From Candidatus Latescibacterota bacterium (GTDB lineage Bacteria; Latescibacterota; UBA2968; UBA8231), in the NCBI GenBank assembly GCA_965248265.1, contig CBDFJF010000002.1:192001-256000 (forward strand): DNA of 64,000 nucleotides, given 5' to 3'. This document shows, piece after piece, positions 31,901-41,460 of this stretch (position 1 is the stretch's first letter; the number at the start of each line of letters is the position of its first letter). A program made the position numbers and the translations under genes. The notes under the pieces are model-generated. The model had not been told where the DNA came from and made no database searches. It saw only the letters and a program-made list of their open reading frames with translations.

Positions 31901-33518
31901 AACCGTGGCAGGCGGCAACAACAACGACGCCAGCTCGCAATATTCCACCATCAGCGGCGGCGTCAACAACATTGCAAGTGGCCTCTATTCCACCGTGCCG
32001 GGAGGGCACACCAACAGCGCAGCGGGGCAATTCAGCTTTGCTGCAGGCAGGCGGGCGAAGGCCAACCACGACGGCGCCTTTGTGTGGGGTGATCAGACGG
32101 ATGGGGATTTCACTTCTACCGCCGTAGATCAGTTTCTGATACGAGCCGGTGGCGGGGTCGGCATCGGTACGACGAGTCCGCAGCGAAATTTGGAAGTAGT
32201 ATCAGACAATGAATCTAATGGTATTCGTATACGCTCACAGAATACCAGCGGTCGCCCAGTGCTGGATTTTCTTCACGGTGCAGGTGCTGCTGGAACTGGC
32301 GCTGTCGTCAACGGCAGCGTACTTGGAATCATAGATTTTGGGGGGCATGATGGTATTAGCCTCGTTTCAGCCGCAGCTCGTATCCGGGCTTTGGCCGCCA
32401 CTAACTGGAACGCCAGTAACCATGACGTCAACCTTGTATTTCAAACAACACAAGGCACCTCAAACACTGAAAAAATGCGGATCACAGCCAGTGGCAACGT
32501 CGGCATCGGCACCACAAACGCAACTCACAAGCTGAGTTTCGCCAACGTGACTGGATCGAAGATTGATCTGTTTGACGATACCACAACGCCTCCAAACTAC
32601 GGTTTCGGTGTAGAAGCTTCAGAGCTAAGAATAGCTACGGCAAACTCCACGACTTTTTACTCTGGAGGTTATGGTGGCACACAAAGGATGGTGATCGATG
32701 GAAGCGGCAACGTCGGCATAGGCGCCACGCCTACAGCTCGACTCCATGTGCAGGAAACAGCCAACCCAGCAGCTCTTTTTAATCGTTCATCATCCGATGG
32801 TGTCATTATTTCCATTCGCCAGGACGGCACCGAAGAGGGCACGATCTCCGTATCCGGCACTACCATCTCTTACAATGCCTTCACCGGCTCTCACTACGGC
32901 TGGACCGATCAATCGATTGAAACCGCCACCCTCGTCACCCTGACAGGGGACAACCGCCGTCTGCAAAACAACCCGGACTCCGAAATCATCTACGGGGTCA
33001 CCCCGTCAGCCGTCCCCAACGATCCGAAGATCCTGGGAGCCTATCTCAGCCTGCAGGAATCCACTGACCCCGCTGGCCCCGATAACCCCCATTTGGTTAT
33101 GGCCGTAGGCAATGGCGAGATGTGGGTGGTCGATGACGGCCAGGACGTTGAGATCGGTGACCATCTGATCTCCTCTGAGGTCGCAGGTCACGCCATGCGG
33201 GATACCGGTGAGTTTCCGGTCAGCCACATCGTGGCTATTGCTGTCGAGCCTGTAAACTGGAACGTGGTCGAGGAATCGGTCGATGGCCGCAAGCACCGGC
33301 GGATTTCGGTGCTGTTCGAGCGTTTTGCGATGAATCACGCAGTGCAGACAGCGGCAGAATCTGCGGAGTTGACTCTGGTGAAGGCCGAGTTGTCGGAACT
33401 GCGATCCGAGAAAGAGACATTGGCTCGGAGTAACGATGAGTTGCGAACACAGTTGGACGCACTGACCGCTGTCGTGCAAAGGCTGGAGGAGTCACAGCTA
33501 AAGATGGCGGCGAGGTGA
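28986..33518 (+). CDS. Secreted tail-fibre/adhesin-like protein 2 with an alternative C-terminal domain (YNAFTGSH type)
   Basis: N-terminal ~350 aa are closely similar to protein 1; GNVGIGT-delimited modules; lacks the SDxRLK motif; terminal coiled coil. Confidence 0.88.
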   Translation: MKRLLLLASLWLAALPTVQAQDTVPKTIAYMGYLTDSSGDVVDDGDHTITFRLYEQAAGGVVVWEASRTVTTGDGLFSVVLGETVSLVEVSFDRPYYLGISIGAGDELAPRIPLVASAYSLHAKSVEAGAVGTEQLADDSVTGAKVADAAVGTAQLADGSVTTDKVADAAITSAELAADAVTAVKIASGAVVTSVNNVTDGVTVTGGDNVSVATNGSIVTITATGSELADDSVTSAKIAADAVTAAQIAADAVGSSELADDAVSTATIQDAAVTAAKVAAGTAVLSLNEVTDAITLVEGANIEIIEVGQNITIGTTGGNEVGTGDIADNSITSAKIIDSAIAEADLATDAVTSAKIVDGTIVAADIAGGAVVSSVNTLTDAVTLAAGTNIAINPVGNTLTIDATAGGDITGVTAGTGLTGGGTTGDVTVDIDAGGVGTTELAADAVTSGKIADATIVAADIATGAVATDEILDATIATADLANDAVTSAKIAASTIMAADIAAGAVVKTVNGLTDAVVLDAGTNITITPAGNTLTIDAGSGMENTLDEAYNEGGAGAGRIITADNGAVDIQGTDGLTVSGNVGIGQTSPTGRLEVKGTGNTSGTYAFNASNSDGNTILHMRDDQRVAIGYTAPLNRFSLLASADNTMDFALIKHDASAQIVRIGEQSGDGVIGIYDSGLNSFNHWLEGNDGSHSSLAVLTSSRLGIGVASPASKLEVGGGAVLFDGTAGTTPTSGAGTRLMWIPAKAAFRAGAVTGTQWDDASIGLNTTVAGGKDNVASSSYATVGGGQDNLAQTNTHATVGGGFNNNASGQYGIVAGGRNNTASGSDAVVVGGSSNTASADLSVVGGGATNTASGIKATVGGGQTNTVTDDYSVVGGGQNNQAGNNAGTTADRQHATVAGGVSNTASGVESTVSGGTTNVASGPQSTVGGGDSNTSSSTYTTVAGGLTNTAVLTGATVGGGSLNDATNNWATVAGGNNNDASSQYSTISGGVNNIASGLYSTVPGGHTNSAAGQFSFAAGRRAKANHDGAFVWGDQTDGDFTSTAVDQFLIRAGGGVGIGTTSPQRNLEVVSDNESNGIRIRSQNTSGRPVLDFLHGAGAAGTGAVVNGSVLGIIDFGGHDGISLVSAAARIRALAATNWNASNHDVNLVFQTTQGTSNTEKMRITASGNVGIGTTNATHKLSFANVTGSKIDLFDDTTTPPNYGFGVEASELRIATANSTTFYSGGYGGTQRMVIDGSGNVGIGATPTARLHVQETANPAALFNRSSSDGVIISIRQDGTEEGTISVSGTTISYNAFTGSHYGWTDQSIETATLVTLTGDNRRLQNNPDSEIIYGVTPSAVPNDPKILGAYLSLQESTDPAGPDNPHLVMAVGNGEMWVVDDGQDVEIGDHLISSEVAGHAMRDTGEFPVSHIVAIAVEPVNWNVVEESVDGRKHRRISVLFERFAMNHAVQTAAESAELTLVKAELSELRSEKETLARSNDELRTQLDALTAVVQRLEESQLKMAAR

Positions 33519-34060
33519 ACCCGATTCGCGAATAGGTCGGTAGGGGAGGGAGTACACAGCACCCACGGTAGGGCTGAACCTCTGCTCCTCAGCCTATGAC
33601 ATGGGAAAATCCAAGATCGGGTCGCACCGCATGCTTATCCTGGCTGCATGTCGGCCCACAATATCGCTCAAGCGGTCACACCGGACTTGCGCCCTCTCTA
33701 TTACCTGCGCATCGCCAGAGGCCACCAGAACCGCCCTACACGACCAGAGGACGTTATCGGCTATGTCGCCTGGAATCGGAAGGCATGGCCGTTCAGATAC
33801 ACGACAGCCATTGAGTGGAGCGCTGACGAGGTGACGCGGGAAATCATCGAGCTTGAGCGACAGATGATGGAGCCGCGCCAATACAAGAGTTTTGAGCCGT
33901 TCCCGTGATCTACTACCTCCACTTCCACACCAGTCCCCGGGAGGTCCAGGAGGACGAAGTGCGAGTTCATCATCAACAAAATCAACAACTGGGCGAATCC
34001 TGAGATGCAGGAGGACAGGTCGGAACAGTTGCTGAAGGGCGAGCAGGTTGCCATGCGTTG

Positions 34061-34777
34061 TCAGTGAGGTTCGACGGACCGTTCAAGCAACTCCTGAAGC
34101 GGTTCGGGAAAGCTCGTGTAAATCGCTACGGGCACGTCCGGCCACATCCAGTTGTGCGGACGATGGATGTATTTCGGAATGTACGCGATATTCGCACCCA
34201 CCCGGTGCCGGTCGGCAGTTGTGTTGGCGGCGCTGCGGTGCCAGAGAAAGCCGTTCCAGATCAGAAGTGATCCGGCCGGGCCGTCGGCCGTGACCTCGCG
34301 GGTGGGGTCCGGCTCGACCGTGGGGCGCTTGCCCCATCGATGGCTGCCCGGCACGACCCGCGTGCCGCCGTTTTCTGCCGTGAAATCCGTGAGCATCCAC
34401 ATGGTTTGGAGGAACATGGGCCAGGGGGGATAGGGTTCAGGGACAGGGGGCCAGTCCGAATGAAGTTCGCCGTCCGCCGCTCCGGGCTTCACCCACTTGA
34501 TGCAGACACTGTTGGCCAGAAAAAACGGCCAGCCGAAGAAGTGCTTCCCGATCTCCAACACGACCGGATGGGCACAGAGGGGCGCCAGTTCGGGCATCTG
34601 GATCAGTGCCCCTTCCAGATTACCGTACCCGTTCTTTTCATTGACCTTTCCGATCTTATCGGTCATCAGTTGCCGGGCCCGGGACTCGAAGCGAGCGGCC
34701 TCCACCGCGTCCACAAGGCCTTCCACCACGCAGTAGCCCTGCTCTTCGATCCGTCTGCATGCCGTTTGGGTATCCAT
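34061..34777 (-). CDS. Phytanoyl-CoA dioxygenase (PhyH) family protein
   Basis: LHSD, WMLTDFTAENGGTRVVPGSH, GSLLIWNGFLWHRSAAN...R. Confidence 0.9.
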   Translation of the reverse strand: MDTQTACRRIEEQGYCVVEGLVDAVEAARFESRARQLMTDKIGKVNEKNGYGNLEGALIQMPELAPLCAHPVVLEIGKHFFGWPFFLANSVCIKWVKPGAADGELHSDWPPVPEPYPPWPMFLQTMWMLTDFTAENGGTRVVPGSHRWGKRPTVEPDPTREVTADGPAGSLLIWNGFLWHRSAANTTADRHRVGANIAYIPKYIHRPHNWMWPDVPVAIYTSFPEPLQELLERSVEPH

Positions 34778-34999
34778 GGTTTGTCGGTCTCAAGGGATGG
34801 GGCGAGTTTCCCGCCGCGTTGGGGGTGCACCAGTAGCACCTTAGAAGGAGCCCCTACGGTGGATTTAGTACTTGTTCCAACTGGTCTGCAAGGATGATCG
34901 TATCTGTCGTACAAGTGCCGGGCAGCAGCACGAGAGCTATGTGGCTACTACGAACATGACACCTCCTCTTGGGGCAATGGGTGCAGCACGTCCCTACCC

Positions 35000-35165
35000 A
35001 AATGCCCTGCTCGTAAGGAACTTCCGCTGCTCCTTCTCGCTTCTCTGCAAGAAACACGATCCGCATTGCCTACGAGCGGCTGAACCATCCAACCGTTAGC
35101 TGATCGATAGCATCTACTTCAGTCTGAGATAGACGCACTGTAACCACCACTTCCTGTTTCGCCAT
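35000..35165 (-). pseudogene. Decayed ribbon-helix-helix (CopG-like) regulator
   Basis: MAKQEVVVTVRLSQTEVDAIDQLTVGWFSRS*AMRIV. Confidence 0.5.
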
Positions 35166-35284
35166 AGGATAAACTCGCGTGTCTGGTAGCCCAAGCCCAA
35201 AAAGGGGATGGCATCTACTCCCGACAGAACAAACGCCGTATGATGAGTTCCAGGTGCGGCAATTACTCACCAACGGACAGCTTA

Positions 35285-35435
35285 TGGGGGTAGAAGTGGG
35301 GGTATTTCCAATAGACATTTCATAAAATGATCTGCGCCGCAATGGGTTACGGCGGACATGCGGTGGACGCCGCCTCCACCATATTGAAAAGGGCGCAACT
35401 CTCTGACTTTGGGGGTTGCGCCTTTTCTTGTTCTG
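35285..35435 (+). other. Arm-type repeats, tmRNA 3' att core and terminator (unit 3)
   Basis: TGGGGGTA x2 (35285-35304), CGCCGCCTCCACCA (35368-35381), then the same terminator. Confidence 0.78.
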
Positions 35436-35605
35436 GGTCGCATGGTGGGCACTGTGTCAGTGCCCGTTCTACGGTACAGAATCATTGTGGCTAAAGCATG
35501 GGAATACAAACTCCCAATAACGGCCAAGAACGAGTAAAAATCGTCGGAAAGAGGTTTGACAAGACTTATACTGAGTAGAATGAATCCCACTCAGGAGACT
35601 TTCTG

Positions 35606-38600
35606 ATGAAACGGCTGTTACTACTCGCATCATTGTGGCTCGCTGCCCTTTCGACCGTACAGGCCCAGGAGACGGTACCTAAGACGATCGCCTATATGGG
35701 CTACCTAACGGACGCCTCAGGGGACGTTGTCGATGATGGCGACCACACGATCACCTTTCGCCTTTATGAGCAGGCAGCAGGGGGTGTCGTGGTATGGGAG
35801 ACGAGCCGTACGGTGACGACGGGCGACGGGCTCTTCAGTGTGGTGCTGGGCGAGATCGCGTCCCTGGAAGCCGTGTCGTTTGACCGGCCCTATTACCTGG
35901 GCATTTCGATCGGCGCTGGCGATGAGCTGGCCCCACGCATACCCCTGGTAGCCTCTGCCTACAGCCTTCATGCCAAGAGTGTCGAAGCGGGTGCCGTGGG
36001 TACGGAGCAGCTTGCCGATGACTCGGTGACCGGCGCCAAGGTAGCGGATGCCGCAGTAGGCACGGCGCAGTTAGCCGACGGCTCTGTGACCGCGGACAAG
36101 GTTGCGGATGCAGCGATCACGAGCGACGAGCTGGCGGCTGACGCGGTGACGGCAGTCAAGATCGCCTCGGGTGCCGTGGTCACGAGCGTGAACAATGTCA
36201 CCGGTGGGGTCACGGTCACGGGTGGCGACAACGTATCCGTGGCCACCAATGGCAGCATCGTGACTATTACGGCCACAGGCTCAGAGCTGGCCGATGATTC
36301 CGTGACTTCGGCCAAGATCGCCGCCGACGCGGTAACGGCGGCACAAATCGCGGCTGATGCGGTGGGCAATTCCGAACTGGCAGATGTCGCTGTGTCCACC
36401 GCCAAGCTCCAGGATGCCTCCGTGACGGCAGCGAAGCTGGCCACGGACACAGCGGTGCTGAGCCTGAACGAGGCCACCAACGACGTAACACTGGTCGAGG
36501 GTGCCAACATCGACATCGTTCGCGTGGGACAGAACATCACGATCTCGACGACGGGTGGTAATGAGGTCGGTACGGGCGACATCGCGGATAACTCGATCAC
36601 GAGTGCGAAGATCATCGACAGCGCGATCGCGGAGGCGGATCTGGGTGCCGATGCCGTAACGAGTGCCAAGATCGCCGATGGCACCATCGCCGCTGCAGAC
36701 ATAGCGGGTGGCGCTGTCGGCAGTGCGGAACTGGCCGCTGACGCCGTCACTTCGGCGAAGATTGGTGATGGCACCATACTGGCTGCCGACATCGCCGCTG
36801 CTCAGGTAGTCACCAGCGTCAACAGCCTGGAAGACGCCGTCACTCTGGCAGCGGGGTCCAACATTACCATCACCCCAGCCGGTAACACGCTTACCATCGA
36901 CGCCACGGCTGGGGGTGACATTACCGGCGTAACGGCGGGTACGGGCCTTGCCAATGGCGGCACCACCGGTGATGTAACCCTCGATATCGCTGCAGGCGGA
37001 GTCGGTACCACGGAACTGGCCGCAACTGCGGTCACGACAGCCAAGATCGCCGCTGATGCGGTCACCTCGGCTGAGATTGCCAATGCGACGATAGTGGCCG
37101 GTGATGTGGCCGCAGGGGCCGTGGTCAAGACGGTGAACAGCCTCACGGACGCAGTGACCCTGGCTGCGGGTACCAACATGGCGATTACTCCGTCAGGCAA
37201 CACCCTGACCTTTGCCGCTACTGACACAGATACCGACACCCAGAACACCCTCGACGGAGCTTACGACGAAGGTGGAGCAGGAGTTGGCCGTACCATCACG
37301 GCAGACAATGGTGCGGTTGATATCGCCGGGACCGATGGACTGCAGGTCACAAACGGCAGCGTGCTCTTTACTGGCGCCAGCGGCACTACTCCGACCAGCG
37401 GTGCAGGCACACGCATGATGTGGATACCGGCGAAGAAAGCCTTCCGGGCAGGCATCATTGCCGGAACGCAATGGGATGACGCCAACATCGGCGATGAGTC
37501 CACGGTCACTGGTGGAGGTGACAACATCGCCTCGGGACAGCGGTCTGTTGTCAGCGGCGGGGTTACGAACACGGCGAGCGGTATTACATCCACCGTCGGC
37601 GGCGGCCAACTCAATACGGCCACAGCGCTAAATGCGACGGTTGCGGGTGGAACCTTCAACGATGCGACCTTCGGCGCCGCCACCGTCGGAGGTGGCTCCA
37701 GCAATACCGCCTCTACAGTTGGGTCCACGGTCTCAGGAGGCAGCGGCAATACCGCAAATGGGAACACCGCCACCGTCGGCGGAGGCAATGCCAACACCGC
37801 GAGCGGTCAAGACGCCGTTGTAGCCGGCGGTAGCAACAATGTGGCCAGTGGAGATCGCTCCATGATCCCAGGCGGCCTTCAAAACACCGCCGCGGGGCTC
37901 TACAGCTTCGCCGGAGGTCGGCGCGCCAAAGCCAACCACACAGGGGCCTTTGTCTGGGCTGATCAGACGGACGCCGACTTCGCATCGACGGCGGTTGATC
38001 AATTCCTGATTCGCGCGTCTGGTGGAGTCGGCATCGGCACGACTACTCCGGGTGCCCGATTAGAGAGCAATGATGCGGCGGGTCTTCCCGCTACCTCTGG
38101 ATCTACTCAGACCGGATCCATGATTCGGGCGCGTAGCGGAAACGGAGTGGTAGATATTGGGATCAATACCAATGGTGATGGCTGGATTCAAAACTCCGAC
38201 GCCACCAATCTCGGTATCAACTACAACCTTCTGCTTAACCCAAACGGCGGCAACGTCGGCATCGGCACGACGAGTCCGAGCGTTCCGTTACATGTCGATC
38301 TCCCGGGAGCTGGTCATGAGGTTCGTATAGACAAGGATGTTGACTGGGTCGGCAGTGGTTGGACACATCTTCGTCTTAGCGACGCTACGACCCCGAACAA
38401 AATGCTCCGTATTGGGTATAGCGCTGTAGGTGATTTTGCTGTGCTACAGAGCCAAGAAGCTGGTGTAGGTTTCAAACCATTGACTCTGAATCCGAATGGC
38501 GGCGATGTCGGAATCGGCACGACGAGTCCGAGCGGTAAATTTCACGTCAACCTGGCCACAAATGAAACGGCACTGCTGGGCACTTCGTCAGCATCCGGGA

Positions 38601-39625
38601 TATGGGGCGTGAACGGAGGACTACTGAGCCAGTCAAGTATTTTCCAGATCGTCAGCACGGCTGCGAACCCGATGATTTTCTACACCGGGGGGACCTACAA
38701 CACTATGACAGCTGGCACAGAGAGGATGATAATAGAGAGCAGCGGCAACGTCGGCATCGGCACGACGACTCCAGGTTCTATCCTGGAGGTGAAACCGGCG
38801 GCAAATGGCGGCGTTCACGTCGTGAATTCCGGTCTGGCAAATGGGGAATACACGAGGCTCGCACTGGGAAAAAGCCCTGGAAATAATGAAGCCTTTTTCC
38901 TAATCGGAACCTACCATGCTACCGATGCAAGTCGAAAGCTCACGATCGGAACCAGTGAAAGTTGGGGAGGCACCGAGAATCTGGTTTTGACGGGTGAGGG
39001 CAAAGTCGGGATCGGCGCGACTAGCCCCACGGAAAAGCTGACAGTCGCAGGTCATGTCGCGCCCGCTACAGATGGCGTCTACACAAGCGGCACCTCCGGG
39101 CTCAAGTGGAGCGCTGTCTGGGCAACGAATGGCACCATACAGACCTCGGACCGCCGTCTGAAAGAGAATATCGAGGACAGTCCCTACGGGCTTGATGAAG
39201 TGATGGATATGCGTCCGGTCTCCTACACGTGGTTAGATCGAGCCGAGCAAGGTCGCAAGATCGGGTTGATCGCTCAGGAAATGCAGCCAATAGTCTCCGA
39301 AGTCGTGCAAGTGGGTGACGATGAGCGCAACACGCTCGGACTGAACTACTCCGATATAGTCCCTGTTCTGATCAAGGCCATCCAGGAGCAGCAGGAGATC
39401 ATAAAGCTACAGCGCGAGCAATTCGAGAGACACGAAGCGAACGAGCTTGCGAATGTGGAGCTGAGTCAGGTGAAGGAGGAGCTGTCGGAGCTGCGATCGG
39501 AGAAGGAGAAGCTGGCTCTGCACAATGAAGAGTTGCAAATGCAGTTGGAGGCGCTAACGGCTGCAGTGCGGAGGCTGGAAGCGATGGCGGCTGTGGAAGC
39601 GGAAATAGAGCTGGCGGCGAGATAA
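35606..39625 (+). CDS. Secreted tail-fibre/adhesin-like protein 3 with peptidase S74 domain
   Basis: Same N-terminus; five G(N/G/D/K)VGIG modules; TIQTSDRRLKENI...IGLIAQE; coiled coil. Confidence 0.88.
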   Translation: MKRLLLLASLWLAALSTVQAQETVPKTIAYMGYLTDASGDVVDDGDHTITFRLYEQAAGGVVVWETSRTVTTGDGLFSVVLGEIASLEAVSFDRPYYLGISIGAGDELAPRIPLVASAYSLHAKSVEAGAVGTEQLADDSVTGAKVADAAVGTAQLADGSVTADKVADAAITSDELAADAVTAVKIASGAVVTSVNNVTGGVTVTGGDNVSVATNGSIVTITATGSELADDSVTSAKIAADAVTAAQIAADAVGNSELADVAVSTAKLQDASVTAAKLATDTAVLSLNEATNDVTLVEGANIDIVRVGQNITISTTGGNEVGTGDIADNSITSAKIIDSAIAEADLGADAVTSAKIADGTIAAADIAGGAVGSAELAADAVTSAKIGDGTILAADIAAAQVVTSVNSLEDAVTLAAGSNITITPAGNTLTIDATAGGDITGVTAGTGLANGGTTGDVTLDIAAGGVGTTELAATAVTTAKIAADAVTSAEIANATIVAGDVAAGAVVKTVNSLTDAVTLAAGTNMAITPSGNTLTFAATDTDTDTQNTLDGAYDEGGAGVGRTITADNGAVDIAGTDGLQVTNGSVLFTGASGTTPTSGAGTRMMWIPAKKAFRAGIIAGTQWDDANIGDESTVTGGGDNIASGQRSVVSGGVTNTASGITSTVGGGQLNTATALNATVAGGTFNDATFGAATVGGGSSNTASTVGSTVSGGSGNTANGNTATVGGGNANTASGQDAVVAGGSNNVASGDRSMIPGGLQNTAAGLYSFAGGRRAKANHTGAFVWADQTDADFASTAVDQFLIRASGGVGIGTTTPGARLESNDAAGLPATSGSTQTGSMIRARSGNGVVDIGINTNGDGWIQNSDATNLGINYNLLLNPNGGNVGIGTTSPSVPLHVDLPGAGHEVRIDKDVDWVGSGWTHLRLSDATTPNKMLRIGYSAVGDFAVLQSQEAGVGFKPLTLNPNGGDVGIGTTSPSGKFHVNLATNETALLGTSSASGIWGVNGGLLSQSSIFQIVSTAANPMIFYTGGTYNTMTAGTERMIIESSGNVGIGTTTPGSILEVKPAANGGVHVVNSGLANGEYTRLALGKSPGNNEAFFLIGTYHATDASRKLTIGTSESWGGTENLVLTGEGKVGIGATSPTEKLTVAGHVAPATDGVYTSGTSGLKWSAVWATNGTIQTSDRRLKENIEDSPYGLDEVMDMRPVSYTWLDRAEQGRKIGLIAQEMQPIVSEVVQVGDDERNTLGLNYSDIVPVLIKAIQEQQEIIKLQREQFERHEANELANVELSQVKEELSELRSEKEKLALHNEELQMQLEALTAAVRRLEAMAAVEAEIELAAR

Positions 39626-39897
39626 GGGTTTCGAGGAACAAGGACTGCGGCGCTCTCGTCCTGCTATCGCAACTCCTTGACCTACGGTTTGGTGCCCCGC
39701 CTCATGGGAGGTGAACCCGATTCGCCAATCGGCTGATGGGAGGGCATATATACTCCCCCATATTTTAACCCAGAAATCTCCACCCTGGCCCTGTTGGTAG
39801 CCCTTCCGAATCTCCGTAGCCTATTGAACAATCCCGGCGGTCACAAAGACCAGCCAGGAGGGAATCTAACTGTGCTGGAGGGTGAAAGGATCAATAG

Positions 39898-40470
39898 ATG
39901 AAAGCGGCACTACTGTTATTGCTGACATTAGGGTTGAGCAGTACCGTTCATGCTCAGCCCGGCCAATGGCAGTTCACGATAAACAACAATTGGGGTTATA
40001 CGGTTGTCGATGTCCCCGCCGCCGTGGAGATACCCGAGATTTCCGGCGGCGAGGGATTATCTGATTGGAATCAGTTCAACTATCGAGGTTTGGCGCAGTT
40101 CCTATACCGCAGCTCGGAGACCGTCTCTTTCGGTCCCGAGATCGGGGTAAGCAGGCTCTACTTCTGGGAGGAGCGCTATGTCCCCATCGGCCTGAGTCCA
40201 CGCTACCGATGGGAAACGGTGTGGACTTGGTTTGCGGGAGGCTTGGTGCGGCTCGACTTAGGGGCCGCCTACTACGTCATGGCAGGCGCCAGCATCCATA
40301 CCTTCTTCAACGGGACCGGTACGACGGTCGGCATTCCCCTGGGGGTCGGCTATACTCTCGTCGTTACCGACCGCTTTAGCATCCCTCTCGAATTTCGAGT
40401 CGATATCGTCTTTGGCGATGCCGTTCCCATCGGTCTGGGCGGCGGCGTTGGCCTGCAGTTCAACCTGTGA
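39898..40470 (+). CDS. Small outer-membrane beta-barrel protein
   Basis: Signal peptide, amphipathic strands and C-terminal GVGLQFNL. Confidence 0.7.
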   Translation: MKAALLLLLTLGLSSTVHAQPGQWQFTINNNWGYTVVDVPAAVEIPEISGGEGLSDWNQFNYRGLAQFLYRSSETVSFGPEIGVSRLYFWEERYVPIGLSPRYRWETVWTWFAGGLVRLDLGAAYYVMAGASIHTFFNGTGTTVGIPLGVGYTLVVTDRFSIPLEFRVDIVFGDAVPIGLGGGVGLQFNL

Positions 40471-40677
40471 GCACCCAGACCCTCATCCCGACGCGGCTAC
40501 GTCCGAACAAACCGCATTTGAAACGCCTGCTTTTTGAGACTAGATCGGTTTGAGGTTCAACTCCCGCAAATGGCCCCATTCCTTGCGCGAAAGACAGAAT
40601 CGATCTGTGCCTCCGCGTTGCAGAAGGCGGAGGTCGATTCTATGTTCACATTGGGAATGCTGAAAGGACAAGAGCAA

Positions 40678-40899
40678 ATGCAATCCGTGGATTTGTCGCG
40701 TGTAGTGCACGTCGACCCTGAGATCTTGGGCGGGACGCCAGTCTTCGTCGGCACTCGGGTGCCAATCAGAAGTCTTTTCGACCATCTTGAGGGTGGAGAT
40801 TCCATAGAGGACTTCCTGCGCGGTTTCCCAAGCGTGAAACGCGAGCAGGTGATCGGAATCCTGGAGGAATCTCGCCACCGCGTTCTCGCCCCGTCCTGA
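40678..40899 (+). CDS. DUF433 antitoxin
   Basis: DPEILGGTPVFVGTRVPI...GDSIEDFLRGFPSV. Confidence 0.9.
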   Translation: MQSVDLSRVVHVDPEILGGTPVFVGTRVPIRSLFDHLEGGDSIEDFLRGFPSVKREQVIGILEESRHRVLAPS

Positions 40900-40908
40900 T
40901 TTGAGATC

Positions 40909-41220
40909 TTGCTCGACGAAAATCTGGATTGGCGACTTCAAGACAGCCTACCAGACCACCAAGTCGACTCCGTCGCTCGTCTTGGTTGGGCGGGTATCAA
41001 GAACGGAGAACTGTTGGAGCGAGCTCAAGATCGATTCGACGTTCTGATCACGATGGACAGCAACTTGCCCTGGCAGCAAAATCTCGAACGTTTCGACCTC
41101 TCAGTGATCGCTCTACGAGCTACATCGAACCGATTGTCGGATACTCGGCCACTCATGGAGCAGGTCACAGTTATTCTCCCCACACTCAAGGCTGGAAGGC
41201 TTGTTGTCGTGGCGACGTAG
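40909..41220 (+). CDS. DUF5615 PIN-like toxin (start uncertain)
   Basis: LLDENL...GWAGIKNGELL...FDVLITMDSNLPWQQNL. Confidence 0.88.
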   Translation: MLDENLDWRLQDSLPDHQVDSVARLGWAGIKNGELLERAQDRFDVLITMDSNLPWQQNLERFDLSVIALRATSNRLSDTRPLMEQVTVILPTLKAGRLVVVAT

Positions 41221-41237
41221 CTACGTGACTATGTGAG

Positions 41238-41300
41238 TCCCGCCGGCTTATTGAAAAGCGCAACTCTCTGATTTCGGGGGTTGCGCTTCTTTTTGTTCTG
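41238..41300 (+). other. Degenerate att core plus terminator (unit 4)
   Basis: TCCCGCCG..TATTGAAAAGCGCAACTCTC...GGGGGTTGCGCTTCTTTTTGTT. The 5' half of the core lies at 40546-40567. Confidence 0.7.
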
Positions 41301-41460
41301 AGTCGCGTGGGCCGGCACAGACACAGAACCCGCTACGGTACCGATGATTTACGAGCCTGCTTGCAGACACCCTATAGCCAAGAACGAGCAAAAATCATCG
41401 AAAAGAGGTTTCACAAGACTTATACTGAGTAGAATGAATCTCACTCAGGAGACTTTGTTG

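Noticed and set aside
33596-34050. Short ORFs after fibre gene 2 (also 16262-16620)
   Set aside because: They look like frameshifted gene fragments, but I cannot assign a family.
23697-41300. Integron or shufflon
   Set aside because: No intI or attC-type sites; repeats are all in direct orientation and no invertase is adjacent.
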